Notes: generated from the letters alone by a model not told the origin. Shown: positions 8,252 through 16,448, numbered from the stretch's first letter. The stretch is 16,499 bases of DNA from an uncultured Candidatus Bathyarchaeia archaeon (GCA_964450845.1 CAYVGZ010000022.1:1-16499), one strand, 5' to 3'. Translations and numbers: made by a program.

Positions 8252-8733
8252 AAAATATACCCATATTCAAAGAAATAAATGGAAAGATAAAAAGGGCAAG
8301 AGAAGCTCTCAAATTAATCAACTATGTAGCAGAAGATGTTTCGGCACAAGAATTCCACGATTATATGGCTGGCGAAATATTCTCTGAAGACACAACTACA
8401 CTGCAAGATGTTCTTGGCAACGAGTTTCTGATGGTACATGAACTATCAGAGATGAGCGAGCTAAAAAAGATGGGAAGAACAATTGACAAGCGAGTAATTG
8501 TAGATTCACCCAGAACTGTAATTTACGAAGCTCATTTCAAAGCTATGGAATTGGAGCTTCAATATGCCATGTTTAAGAAGGACTATTTCTGGGTTAAAGT
8601 TCGATTGAAACAGCACAAAGAAACCGTCCTAGAGGATGACCCGAACCTTCCTGAACCGCTAAGACCAAGAGGCGAGGAAATATTCCATAAATTCAGTAAC
8701 TTGGTGAAAAACCGTAATATATTATCAACATAG
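8224..8733 (+). CDS. Hypothetical protein with HExxE motif
   Basis: 169-aa ORF on the operon strand filling the gap; LMVHELSE and YEAH motifs. Start codon uncertain (TTG 8224 overlaps the KH gene). Confidence 0.65.
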   Translation: MGKTSRRKVENIPIFKEINGKIKRAREALKLINYVAEDVSAQEFHDYMAGEIFSEDTTTLQDVLGNEFLMVHELSEMSELKKMGRTIDKRVIVDSPRTVIYEAHFKAMELELQYAMFKKDYFWVKVRLKQHKETVLEDDPNLPEPLRPRGEEIFHKFSNLVKNRNILST

Positions 8734-8754
8734 CTGTATACAAAAGCATCAACG
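8734..8754 (+). repeat. 21-bp dispersed repeat, copy 1 (CTGTATACAAAAGCATCAACG)
   Basis: Exact reverse complement of 16449-16469. Begins immediately after the TAG at 8731-8733. Confidence 0.9.
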
Positions 8755-8775
8755 AAAATCCAATTTTTCGTTTCT
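8751..8775. terminator. Possible bidirectional terminator hairpin between the HExxE gene and the convergent sRNA
   Basis: AACGAAAA(8751-8758)-TCCAAT-TTTTCGTT(8765-8772) 8-bp stem with T-rich flanks on both strands. Confidence 0.4.
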
Positions 8776-8823
8776 TTCGCATGATATAATTGATAAGAAT
8801 CGATTTTCAACAATTCTAGTAAG

Positions 8824-8894
8824 TGGCGGGCTCTCCGCACTCAAGATCCCAATCATTTTGGGTTCAGCGGGGCCAGAGTCGTCATCGCCCACCA
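8824..8894 (-). ncRNA. Box C/D guide sRNA candidate, predicted Cm34 guide for tRNA-Leu(CAA)
   Basis: Minus strand reads TGGTGGGC-G-[C: ATGACGA]-CTCTGGCCCCG-[D': CTGA]-ACCCAAA-[C': ATGATTG]-GGATCTTGAGTG-[D: CGGA]-GA-GCCCGCCA. 8-bp terminal stem, 11- and 12-nt guides, TATA-like TTATTTAA about 20-27 nt upstream. Confidence 0.72.
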
Positions 8895-8911
8895 TGCAAA
8901 ATTAATGTAGG

Positions 8912-8923
8912 CTTAAATAAAAA
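8912..8923. promoter_or_regulatory. AT-rich TATA-like element shared by the divergent sRNA and UPF0282 genes
   Basis: CTTAAATAAAAA reads TTAAATAA on plus (33 nt before ATG 8953) and TTATTTAA on minus (about 20-27 nt before the sRNA 5' end). Confidence 0.45.
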
Positions 8924-8952
8924 GTTATAGCCTCCGTGAAGTATTGAAAATT

Positions 8953-9939
8953 ATGCTAAAAAACATTCAAATTTTTCCATTGGCTGCGGAAAGCTTCGGC
9001 GTAAGGTCCATGTGCACATATGTTGAAACTCCAGATGTAAGAATCCTTTTGGATGCTGGAGTTTCGCTTTGTCCAAATCGCTTCGGTTTGCCTCCACATC
9101 CGATGGAATTTAAAGCCATAGAAGAGTCTCGCAGAAAAATTGCCGCAGCCGCTGAAAAAGCCAAAATTGTAACATTGAGTCATTACCACTTCGACCATCA
9201 TACACCTTCTTATGAAGATTGGCTATGCAATTGGACGGCAGCATCGGAAACTGCAAGGCAAATCTACGATGGAAAAACTGTTCTGATAAAAAATCCAACG
9301 GACAAAATCAATTACAGCCAGAGACGCAGGGGATGGATATTTCAGAAAACTGGCGGAAGATACGCAGAAAAACTTGAAGTCGCAGACGGAAAAACCTTCA
9401 ATTTCGGAAAAGCTACAAAAGTTAGATTTTCAGAACCTGTCCCCCACGGACCTGAAAACTCAGCCCTAGGCTGGGTTCTAATGAACACTATAGAATATCA
9501 AAATGAAAAATTCATGTTTGCACCAGACATCCAAGGTCCCATGCCAAGCCACACGCTCGAGATAATCATCAGAGAAAAGCCTCAATTGATAATGATCGGC
9601 GGACCACCATCATACCTAGCTGGATTCCGGGTTGACGAGAAACAAATTCAAACTGGATTAAAGAATTTGGAGAAAGTTGTTGAGACTGTGCCATGCACTA
9701 TCTTGGAGCACCATATTTTAAGGGACGAAAATTGGCGAGAAAAAACAAAAAATGTTTTCGACAAAGCCAATAAAGCTGGATGTGAAATCATGACCGTAGC
9801 CGAGTTCTTAGGCAAACAAAACGCTTTCTTGGAAGCTGCAAGAAAAAGGCTTTTTGTTGAAAATCCTCCACCAAGAGAGTTCGAAAAATGGATGCGAGAA
9901 AGCATCGATATGAAGAAACATGTCAAGCCTCCAATTTAG
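8953..9939 (+). CDS. UPF0282 / COG2248-type metallo-beta-lactamase-fold hydrolase
   Basis: PLAAESFGVRSM, LLDAGVSL..RFGLPPHP.E, SHYHFDH metal motif, PVPHG, D.QGP, EHH..RD. Start ATG 8953 or TTG 8944. Confidence 0.85.
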   Translation: MLKNIQIFPLAAESFGVRSMCTYVETPDVRILLDAGVSLCPNRFGLPPHPMEFKAIEESRRKIAAAAEKAKIVTLSHYHFDHHTPSYEDWLCNWTAASETARQIYDGKTVLIKNPTDKINYSQRRRGWIFQKTGGRYAEKLEVADGKTFNFGKATKVRFSEPVPHGPENSALGWVLMNTIEYQNEKFMFAPDIQGPMPSHTLEIIIREKPQLIMIGGPPSYLAGFRVDEKQIQTGLKNLEKVVETVPCTILEHHILRDENWREKTKNVFDKANKAGCEIMTVAEFLGKQNAFLEAARKRLFVENPPPREFEKWMRESIDMKKHVKPPI

Positions 9940-10454
9940 TCTCTAATTAGGTTTCGCAGCTTAACTATGTCCTCAGATAGGCGTTCGTAACGTATTCCAT
10001 GAAATGGTACTGTCAGCCCTTTCTTTTTAAGTATAGACCGTAATTCCTCTATGAGAATTCCAGAATCGGTTACGCCGCAGCTTGGGCTTCCATCAACGCC
10101 TATAACGATTTTCGCTGTTATCTCGCCCTTAAAGTATTCTTGGATTTGTTCAACAATTTCTTCTGCAATTTTATTACAATGACTTCTAAACTTTGCATTG
10201 TCATATTGGTTTTTGGTTTGAGTTTCTCTTAGTATGCCAGCATACGTTAATTCGGGACACGGCATCTGAATAATGCCCATATCATTATGCATCAAAAATT
10301 CTACAATTTCAGCTATTGCGCTTGGTTTTTTCGCTAGACCAAAAACGCGGGAATTTTGATTTAAAATGCAATGTGCAACTATGGCAATTTTTCTGCTTCT
10401 TTTGTCTTCTAACATGTTGTTCGCATCCATCTTGCAGAAAGCATCAGTTGGCAC
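9936..10454 (-). CDS. DUF523 / TudS-related (thionucleobase desulfidase-like) Fe-S protein
   Basis: HCILNQN, MPCPE and GSPSCG give three spaced Cys as in DUF523/TudS. Start could be GTG 10454, ATG 10430 or ATG 10415. Confidence 0.72.
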   Translation of the reverse strand: MPTDAFCKMDANNMLEDKRSRKIAIVAHCILNQNSRVFGLAKKPSAIAEIVEFLMHNDMGIIQMPCPELTYAGILRETQTKNQYDNAKFRSHCNKIAEEIVEQIQEYFKGEITAKIVIGVDGSPSCGVTDSGILIEELRSILKKKGLTVPFHGIRYERLSEDIVKLRNLIRD

Positions 10455-10455
10455 T

Positions 10456-12855
10456 TCACTCTAACAACTTTTCGTTGATTATTCTTCTTTCGTCTTCCTT
10501 TATTTGCTCAATCATGTTCTCAACAATGTCTTTATCTGTTGTTAGTCTGCCGATAACGTGGTGGCTTCCTTTAGTAATCGAAGCTATGGCTTCTGTTACT
10601 AAAAAGCCGTAGGTTTCGCGACCATACAAGTGAGGATTAGTATTTATGACTATTGTGTGTATTCCCTCCCGCTTAATTATTCTTGAAACAGTCATTACGT
10701 CCTTCACAGCTATGTCTTCATATTCTCTAACAATTATACGCACTTCTTCTATCTGCCGAACCTCACCAGTTTCAAGGCTTCTCTGCAGCGGAACGTTGGC
10801 ACTTCCATCAGTTATTATCACCAATGCAGAGACTGTTGAAGGATTTCGCCTTTTAGCTTCTTTTAAGACTTCCAAAGCCTTTATCATTCCAGCAGCAAGC
10901 GGAGTGAAACCACTTACGCGCAAGTTTAGAAGTTTGTTGGCTACAACTCTTAGGTTTGTTATGGGGTGCTGAACAACAATGGCTCCTGTGTCTTTAAGTG
11001 CAACTATTCCCACCTGATCCCTGTACCTATAAGCGTCTTTGTGAAGATTAAGTAGAGCTTCCTTTACGGCGTCCAAGTTCAGCAGCATTGAACCGCTTAA
11101 ATCAACCAAAAAAACCATTGTTAACGGAGCCTTATGCAACCTTAATTTTTCGCGTACATCCTCAAGGTTGATCTTCAAAGAAGTCTCAAAGGTTTTTTCT
11201 CGGTTTTTCTGTTTTCTGGCTGCTGCCCGAATGGTTGCGGGCAAGTGAATGTCCATGGGTTTTCCATGTGGAAACTTCCACCCGTAAGGTTTGCCTCTGT
11301 GTAGGGTTGTGACCGCTTGAGCATGTCTTCCAGCATAGGTGCTTCGCCCCTTGTTCTTGGTTTTTCCCATCTTTAGAAAAAATTTAGATGGAGAAGTGAC
11401 TTTAGTCATTAAACTACCAATAATCGGTAAGCCTTCTGAAACCTTTGGTTGTCCAAGAGCGTTACTGATTGTAGGAATGCCCTTTAACTCACCCTTCTTT
11501 TCTTCAAAGCTTTCTTTGTATGTGTCGCCTTGAAGTTTATCAGAACCAACTTGGAACCCATCGGTAACAGGCATTTCTTTTGACCCTTTTCTTAAACGTT
11601 TTCCAATTGCGAAAAAAACTCCACCTAAGATTCTAGTCAAGCGAAATAAATATTCAGACTTTTTTGCTTGAAGTTTATTCTTAAGATTTTGTTTTTTTAC
11701 TTTTTCTTCTTCTTTTCTAGTGGCGTCTTTTTTAACCCAAAAAATGGCTCTTCCCTTAAGAAACTTTGATTTTTTAACCTTTTCTTCAGTTGTTTCTCCT
11801 GTTTTTTTGACATACTTAACTTTCTTGATTTTTGCTGAGAATACTTCAGTAATCTCTTGCGGTGTTGCTGGTTCAAGGAAGCCTCCTTCTCTCGTTCTAT
11901 GGCTCAAGGCGAATTCTGCCGCTAGCAAAACGTCATCTAATGTTACTTCTTTTCTATTTTCAAAGGCTGCTAGTGCTGATGCTGCTTTTGCGATAACTAT
12001 GTCGGGACGCAAACCGTCAACTTTTAAGTCTAAACATGCTTGAGAAATGCCTTCCAAGAGGTTTTCAGGGATAACAACCTCCTTTAAGACGTTTCTTGCC
12101 TTTGCTATTCTGTTGGCTAGTTCCTTTTGTTGAGGCAGGTATTTCTCATAGAACTTTTCAGGATTAGCTTCAAATTCTATATTTCTTTTTGTGATTTCAA
12201 TTCTGTCCTTCACGGACGTTATTCTTTCAACTGTAACCGATACTGGAAAACGATCAAGAAGCTGTGGCCTTAGTTCTCCCTCTTCAGGGTTCATTGTTCC
12301 AATAAAAATGAAGCGGGACGGATGGCTTACAGATATTCCTTCTCTTTCAACAATATTCCATCCAGTAGCTGCAGCGTCCAGCAAATCATCTGCGATGTGA
12401 TCTGGTAATAAGTTAACTTCGTCTACATATAGGATGTTCTGGTTTGCCTCGGCAAGAATCCCTGGCTCCAGTGCTTCTATTCCATACTTTATCACCTTTT
12501 CCACATCTAAACTTCCAAGAACTCTGTCTTCTGTGGCCCCCAGAGGCAGGTCTACAACAACCATTTCCTTCTCTTCGGTGGGTAGTTTTTCCTCTTTCTT
12601 GTATCTTCCACTGCATTTAGGACACATGTTAGAGGGGTCGTTTGGACTGCAGTTAAACGGACAATTTTTAACAACCTCTATTTTTGGAAGAATGTCAGCT
12701 AAAGATCTAACAATCGTACTTTTTCCTGATCCTTTTGGTCCCCTTATTAGTGAACCGCCTATTTTTGGATTTATTGCATTTATTAAAATGGCTAGTTTAA
12801 GCTTGTCTAAATCCACGATTGCAGCGAAGGGAAAAACCAACCTTTTTCTTTGCAT
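10456..12855 (-). CDS. Mg/Co-chelatase ChlI/ChlD-like AAA+ ATPase fused to a vWA domain
   Basis: FPFAAIV, Walker [20 protein letters not shown], Walker [24 protein letters not shown]; vWA DLSGS, TPLA, ITDG. Start moved to ATG 12855 (GGAG 5' of it). Confidence 0.85.
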   Translation of the reverse strand: MQRKRLVFPFAAIVDLDKLKLAILINAINPKIGGSLIRGPKGSGKSTIVRSLADILPKIEVVKNCPFNCSPNDPSNMCPKCSGRYKKEEKLPTEEKEMVVVDLPLGATEDRVLGSLDVEKVIKYGIEALEPGILAEANQNILYVDEVNLLPDHIADDLLDAAATGWNIVEREGISVSHPSRFIFIGTMNPEEGELRPQLLDRFPVSVTVERITSVKDRIEITKRNIEFEANPEKFYEKYLPQQKELANRIAKARNVLKEVVIPENLLEGISQACLDLKVDGLRPDIVIAKAASALAAFENRKEVTLDDVLLAAEFALSHRTREGGFLEPATPQEITEVFSAKIKKVKYVKKTGETTEEKVKKSKFLKGRAIFWVKKDATRKEEEKVKKQNLKNKLQAKKSEYLFRLTRILGGVFFAIGKRLRKGSKEMPVTDGFQVGSDKLQGDTYKESFEEKKGELKGIPTISNALGQPKVSEGLPIIGSLMTKVTSPSKFFLKMGKTKNKGRSTYAGRHAQAVTTLHRGKPYGWKFPHGKPMDIHLPATIRAAARKQKNREKTFETSLKINLEDVREKLRLHKAPLTMVFLVDLSGSMLLNLDAVKEALLNLHKDAYRYRDQVGIVALKDTGAIVVQHPITNLRVVANKLLNLRVSGFTPLAAGMIKALEVLKEAKRRNPSTVSALVIITDGSANVPLQRSLETGEVRQIEEVRIIVREYEDIAVKDVMTVSRIIKREGIHTIVINTNPHLYGRETYGFLVTEAIASITKGSHHVIGRLTTDKDIVENMIEQIKEDERRIINEKLLE

Positions 12856-12929
12856 TGTTTTAACGGCTCCGTTCAATGAGTAGTAAAAGCGAGTTTCAAC
12901 CTATTAGTTTTTAGTTGGTTGACTGCGAG

Positions 12930-13034
12930 GGCCGGGGCCGGGATTTGTTCCCTAGAAGGCGCAAACCTTCCAGATTTGAACCCGGGCGCTAGGCTCCACA
13001 GGCCTATAGGCTACCAAGCTACCTCACCCCGGCC
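12930..13034 (-). tRNA. tRNA-His(GTG) with encoded G-1 and a 31-nt T-loop intron
   Basis: Acceptor GCCGGGG/CCCCGGC plus C73, G-1 at 13034, D stem AGGT/GCCT, anticodon stem TAGGC/GCCTA with loop CTGTGGA (GTG at 12997-12999), T stem CCGGG/CCCGG. CCA not encoded. Confidence 0.95.
12945..12975 (-). other. tRNA intron at position 58/59 with bulge-helix-bulge motif
   Basis: Central helix GTTC/GAAC, two AAA bulges, intron hairpin TCTGGAAGG/CCTTCTAGG. Excision restores the TTCAAAT T-loop. Confidence 0.9.
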
Positions 13035-13239
13035 ACTATTCGTTGACCTCGGCTGCTCTCGAAATAGGGTTTTAGGATTTATTTATGTTTTCTACGAATA
13101 GATTATCCACAAGACTTACATTTCTCAACGTGATTGTGTCCTTTTTTCTCTTTCTTCCATGAAAAGTGGAGTTGCACGGCGTTAAGCCTTTATTAGAAAA
13201 GCTGCAATCCTATCTTGCACCATAAGCGGATGAAACAAA

Positions 13240-14439
13240 TTGCAGCAGCAATCAAAGAAAAACAGTCAACTTGCACTACTGGGAGCAGCACATTCCCTCA
13301 ACCATTCACTCTTCGTTATTGCGCCGCCTCTTCTAACTTTAATTATGAGCGACCTAGACGTTTCAAAATTTGCCATAGGCACAGTGGCAACAATTGCCTC
13401 GCTGCTTTATGGCGTCGGAGCCCTTATAGGTGGACCTTTAGGTGACAGGATTGGAGAGGCAAAAACAATAGCTATATGCCTCGCTTTTTCTGGACTCTCC
13501 ACATTCATTATGCTTGCTGCTGGAGTTACAGCAAGCATTTACATTTATGCTTTAGCGCTAATTTCAATGGCTGTTTGGGCAAGCCTCTATCATCCGACAG
13601 CAAATTCGTTGATCTCAAAAGTTTTTAAGGGCAAAGTTTCTGAATCTATGGGTTTACATGGCGTAGGCGGAACATTAGGCGTCGTGTTAACCCCTACAAT
13701 AGCATGGTTTATAGGCACAACTTTCGGATGGTCTTGGGCTTTCGTTGCCTTCGGACTATTATGCGTGTTGCTTGCTTTGTTCTTTGTTAGGAATTTTGGC
13801 AAGAGCGAAAACAAAAATGTAAGCGGCGGAACGATAATTGACGCCTTGAAGATTCGTGAGCTCTGGATGCTTTTGATCTTCAACGTAGCAATAGGGCTTT
13901 TCATGAAAGTTGTAGAGTTATACTTTCCAACTTATCTCCAAGACAATAAATTAATTGACTTTGGTCTCACTAAAGAGGAACGTGGTATGTGGGCTTCCAT
14001 AGCTTACACTTTGGTCTTAGCAGTTGGAGTACCTGCCCAGTGGATTGGCGGAAAAACCGCAGACAAGATTGGTTCCAAAAAGGTTTTAATAGCTACCTCG
14101 GCAGGTGTTTGCCTAAGCCTACTTTCTATACTATTTTTCCCATTCCCCATTGTTGGGATAGCCCTATTCATTGTTCTGTATGGTTTATCTTTCTACGCAC
14201 ACCAACCTGCACTGAACTCCCTCACGGGTTTCTGTTGTCCACAAAACCAGCGCGGTGCAGTTTATGGCATATTCTTCTTCACGTCCTTTGGCATAGGCTC
14301 CCTTTCGCAGTCAATAGCAGGATATGTAGCTGACAATTACGGAGGCTTAAACACATCATTTTACATGTTAACAGTTTTCGCCTTGGCTGCATTGGTTCTG
14401 TCCCTTAAGCTTCCAGAAAAGAAAGAAAGCAACACGTAA
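13240..14439 (+). CDS. Major facilitator superfamily transporter
   Basis: About 12 hydrophobic segments; motif A-like GGPLGDRIGEAK and GGKTADKIGSKK; substrate not inferable. Confidence 0.9.
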   Translation: MQQQSKKNSQLALLGAAHSLNHSLFVIAPPLLTLIMSDLDVSKFAIGTVATIASLLYGVGALIGGPLGDRIGEAKTIAICLAFSGLSTFIMLAAGVTASIYIYALALISMAVWASLYHPTANSLISKVFKGKVSESMGLHGVGGTLGVVLTPTIAWFIGTTFGWSWAFVAFGLLCVLLALFFVRNFGKSENKNVSGGTIIDALKIRELWMLLIFNVAIGLFMKVVELYFPTYLQDNKLIDFGLTKEERGMWASIAYTLVLAVGVPAQWIGGKTADKIGSKKVLIATSAGVCLSLLSILFFPFPIVGIALFIVLYGLSFYAHQPALNSLTGFCCPQNQRGAVYGIFFFTSFGIGSLSQSIAGYVADNYGGLNTSFYMLTVFALAALVLSLKLPEKKESNT

Positions 14440-14854
14440 ACTTCAATTTCGTCTTTTGTAACCGAACATCAACGAAGCTTATAAAACCATAAAATTCCAT
14501 GTCTGCAGATGTTGTCACTAACATTTTTGAAATGAAAGGCAACAATGTTTTGTAAAAATAGCGTTAAAAAAGGGATGGGTTTCTTGGAAGAAAATTAAAA
14601 ATCTTCTCAAAACAATCCTTGCACGTTATTTATTGAAGCACGAAAAATAGGCGAATGTACACAATTTACAATAAACAATTAAAAAAGACCCCTTAAACAG
14701 CACAAAAGAGATTCGAAAGTTTAAATCTAAACATAGGCGCATTCTTTGTAAAATATACGGAATGCGAAGTAAAGCTTTACATGATTCACGAAACAACCTA
14801 GATGTACGTCTTAATCAAAAGCGATTAAATTTAAAAATATCAGTGGCAGAAGTA

Positions 14855-15334
14855 ATGTCGCATCACGAATTAAGTGTTGAAGTAGAACCTCGACGCATTT
14901 CAGTGTGGAAAGAACTGTGAGCAAAGAGACATGCTCGAGTGACTTTGTTAGTGGATTTTGGTGATCAGTTGGTGATTATTAGGATATGTCAAATGGCTTC
15001 TGGTTTTTGCTTGGTGGAGGAGTAGAACAAAAAGAGTCAATAGAGGAGACGGCGAAAAGAGAAGCACTTGAAGAACTTACTGGAAATCAAAATTAATCGC
15101 GTCATAAAAGAGTTTCATGTAACTTTGATTTCGAAAAAGACGAAGGAGCAGTTCATAACTCTCCCTTTTACGCTAATTCATGCCACACCATCAAGAGAAC
15201 AACTCAACCCAGAGTACGCTCCTAACAGGAAAATCTTTCTCGTAAAAAAGAAAAATTGCAGAAAGCTTCTGCGTAGTTTCAAAATACCTATTGAATATGA
15301 GTGCATGAGTCCTTACTATTATGTTTCAAAGTAA
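14855..15334 (+). pseudogene. Disrupted Nudix hydrolase gene
   Basis: Stitched reading: MSHHELSVEVEPRRISVWKEL*AKRHARVTLLVDFGDQLVIIR / MSNGFWFLLGGGVEQKESIEETAKREALEEL / LEIKINRVIKEFHVTL... Nudix box Gx5Ex7REALEE at about 15016-15078. In-frame TGA at 14918-14920 and frameshifts near 14985 and 15079. Confidence 0.75.
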
Positions 15335-15399
15335 GTTGTCTGTCACCACATGCTGTATGTTCGACGTGACTGATGCATAGTTAAAACTCGCACAAATTC

Positions 15400-15816
15400 T
15401 TATGATTCTCCAATGACTTGGATTATGACTGTTCTTTTTCTTGGGTACACGTCTGTTTCCACAAAGACCAGCGACTGCCATGTTCCAAATTCCACGTGTC
15501 CATCAATTACTGGCATGGTTTTGTCTGGAGGCAAGAGCGCAGACCTTAAGTGAGCGTGGGCGTTGGAAGGATGGCTGTATCTACCCTGTTTCGGAATTAT
15601 TTCTTCGAGAAACTTCTTAACGTCACTTAAGAGACCATATTCGTTTTCTGTTAAGATTAGTATGCCAGTAGCATGAGGTGCAAACACGTGGACTAAACCG
15701 TTCCTAATGCCTGACTGAGAAACTGCTTCGTGAACCTTTTCTGTTAGGTCTACGAAGTCTATTTCGCCTTTCGTTGAGAAGCTGTAGCTTGCGTTAAAAA
15801 CTTTAAAGTTTGACAT
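15400..15816 (-). CDS. yjbQ: YjbQ / UPF0047 family protein (secondary thiamine-phosphate synthase activity family)
   Basis: GLVHVFAPHATG, NE, Y.H..NAHAHLRS.L, GTWQS.VFVE.D..PR.R.V. Confidence 0.9.
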   Translation of the reverse strand: MSNFKVFNASYSFSTKGEIDFVDLTEKVHEAVSQSGIRNGLVHVFAPHATGILILTENEYGLLSDVKKFLEEIIPKQGRYSHPSNAHAHLRSALLPPDKTMPVIDGHVEFGTWQSLVFVETDVYPRKRTVIIQVIGES

Positions 15817-15823
15817 GAAGCTT

Positions 15824-16372
15824 TCACTCCAGCAATTTCGTCATTATTATTTCGTCTATATATTTGCCTTCCTTGAAATGCTTTTTCGGAACTCGGCCAG
15901 TCTGCACAAAACCAACTTTCTCGTAAACATGAATTGCCCGTTTGTTGCTTGCAAAAGTCGTAAGCGTCAAAACCTTCAAATCCATTTCTTGAGCTTGCAC
16001 CACCAAAGTCTTCATCATCTCAGTTCCGATGCCCAAATCCCTAAACCCGTCTCTGATCGCTATGCCTATTACGCCTACGTGTTTCTCGTAGCCGCTTCTT
16101 CTGTCAATTTCAGAAACTGCAACAACTTTTCCGCCAACTTCGGCGACTAGGTAAAACGCTTCATTCTTTTCCAAGCGACTGAGGGCTTTAGATAAGAAAT
16201 CGATTTCCTCTTCTCTTGAAGCCTTCTCGGTTCTAGTTATCTCAGCTTTCTCATCCACGAGCGAGTTAATAAGTTCCAGCAAATCGTCCAAGTCTTCCCA
16301 CTTAGGAGTTCGTAAAACAACTTTCTGGCCATTCGTAGCAGTGAAGCTTCTGACAGTTTTTCCAGCCTTCAT
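15824..16372 (-). CDS. GNAT family N-acetyltransferase (RimJ/RimL-like)
   Basis: HVGVIGIAIRDGFRDLGIGTEMM acetyl-CoA motif A and N.RAIHVYEKVGF motif B. Stop is 7 nt before the yjbQ start. Confidence 0.9.
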   Translation of the reverse strand: MKAGKTVRSFTATNGQKVVLRTPKWEDLDDLLELINSLVDEKAEITRTEKASREEEIDFLSKALSRLEKNEAFYLVAEVGGKVVAVSEIDRRSGYEKHVGVIGIAIRDGFRDLGIGTEMMKTLVVQAQEMDLKVLTLTTFASNKRAIHVYEKVGFVQTGRVPKKHFKEGKYIDEIIMTKLLE

Positions 16373-16448
16373 AACCTAAAAGTAACGCTGCAAACATTTT
16401 AATGCTTTTTCAATTCAGATCCAAAAAGGGGCTTAAAAAGTGGAACTG

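Noticed and set aside
8820-8895. Alternative readings of this GC-rich segment as a tRNA or H/ACA RNA
   Set aside because: No cloverleaf or T-loop, and no ACA after the lower stem; the C/D layout with a tRNA-matching guide fits better.
10456-12855. Evidence for (bacterio)chlorophyll synthesis
   Set aside because: ChlI/ChlD-like AAA/vWA genes are widespread in non-phototrophic archaea, and no other bch/chl genes are present.
12930-12945. tRNA-His 3' end as an integration (att) site
   Set aside because: No direct repeat of the tRNA 3' end and no integrase in the window.
12919-13101. 60-aa plus-strand ORF
   Set aside because: Antisense to tRNA-His; the GC-rich tRNA explains the open frame.
13103-13111. 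TTATCCACA, a perfect bacterial DnaA box
   Set aside because: Single copy in an archaeal context, with no cluster and no origin features.
14918-14920. In-frame TGA as selenocysteine or readthrough
   Set aside because: Two additional frameshifts accompany it, and I see no SECIS-like element or catalytic Cys context.
15068-15334. 88-aa ORF as an independent gene
   Set aside because: Better explained as the C-terminal fragment of the frameshifted Nudix gene.
320-16150. Many 60-150 aa ORFs overlapping assigned genes (e.g. 320-568, 1401-1649, 4838-5089, 10646-10972, 12434-12883, 13590-13904, 13989-14333, 15815-16150)
   Set aside because: Antisense or off-frame shadows of well-supported genes, with no recognisable motifs.
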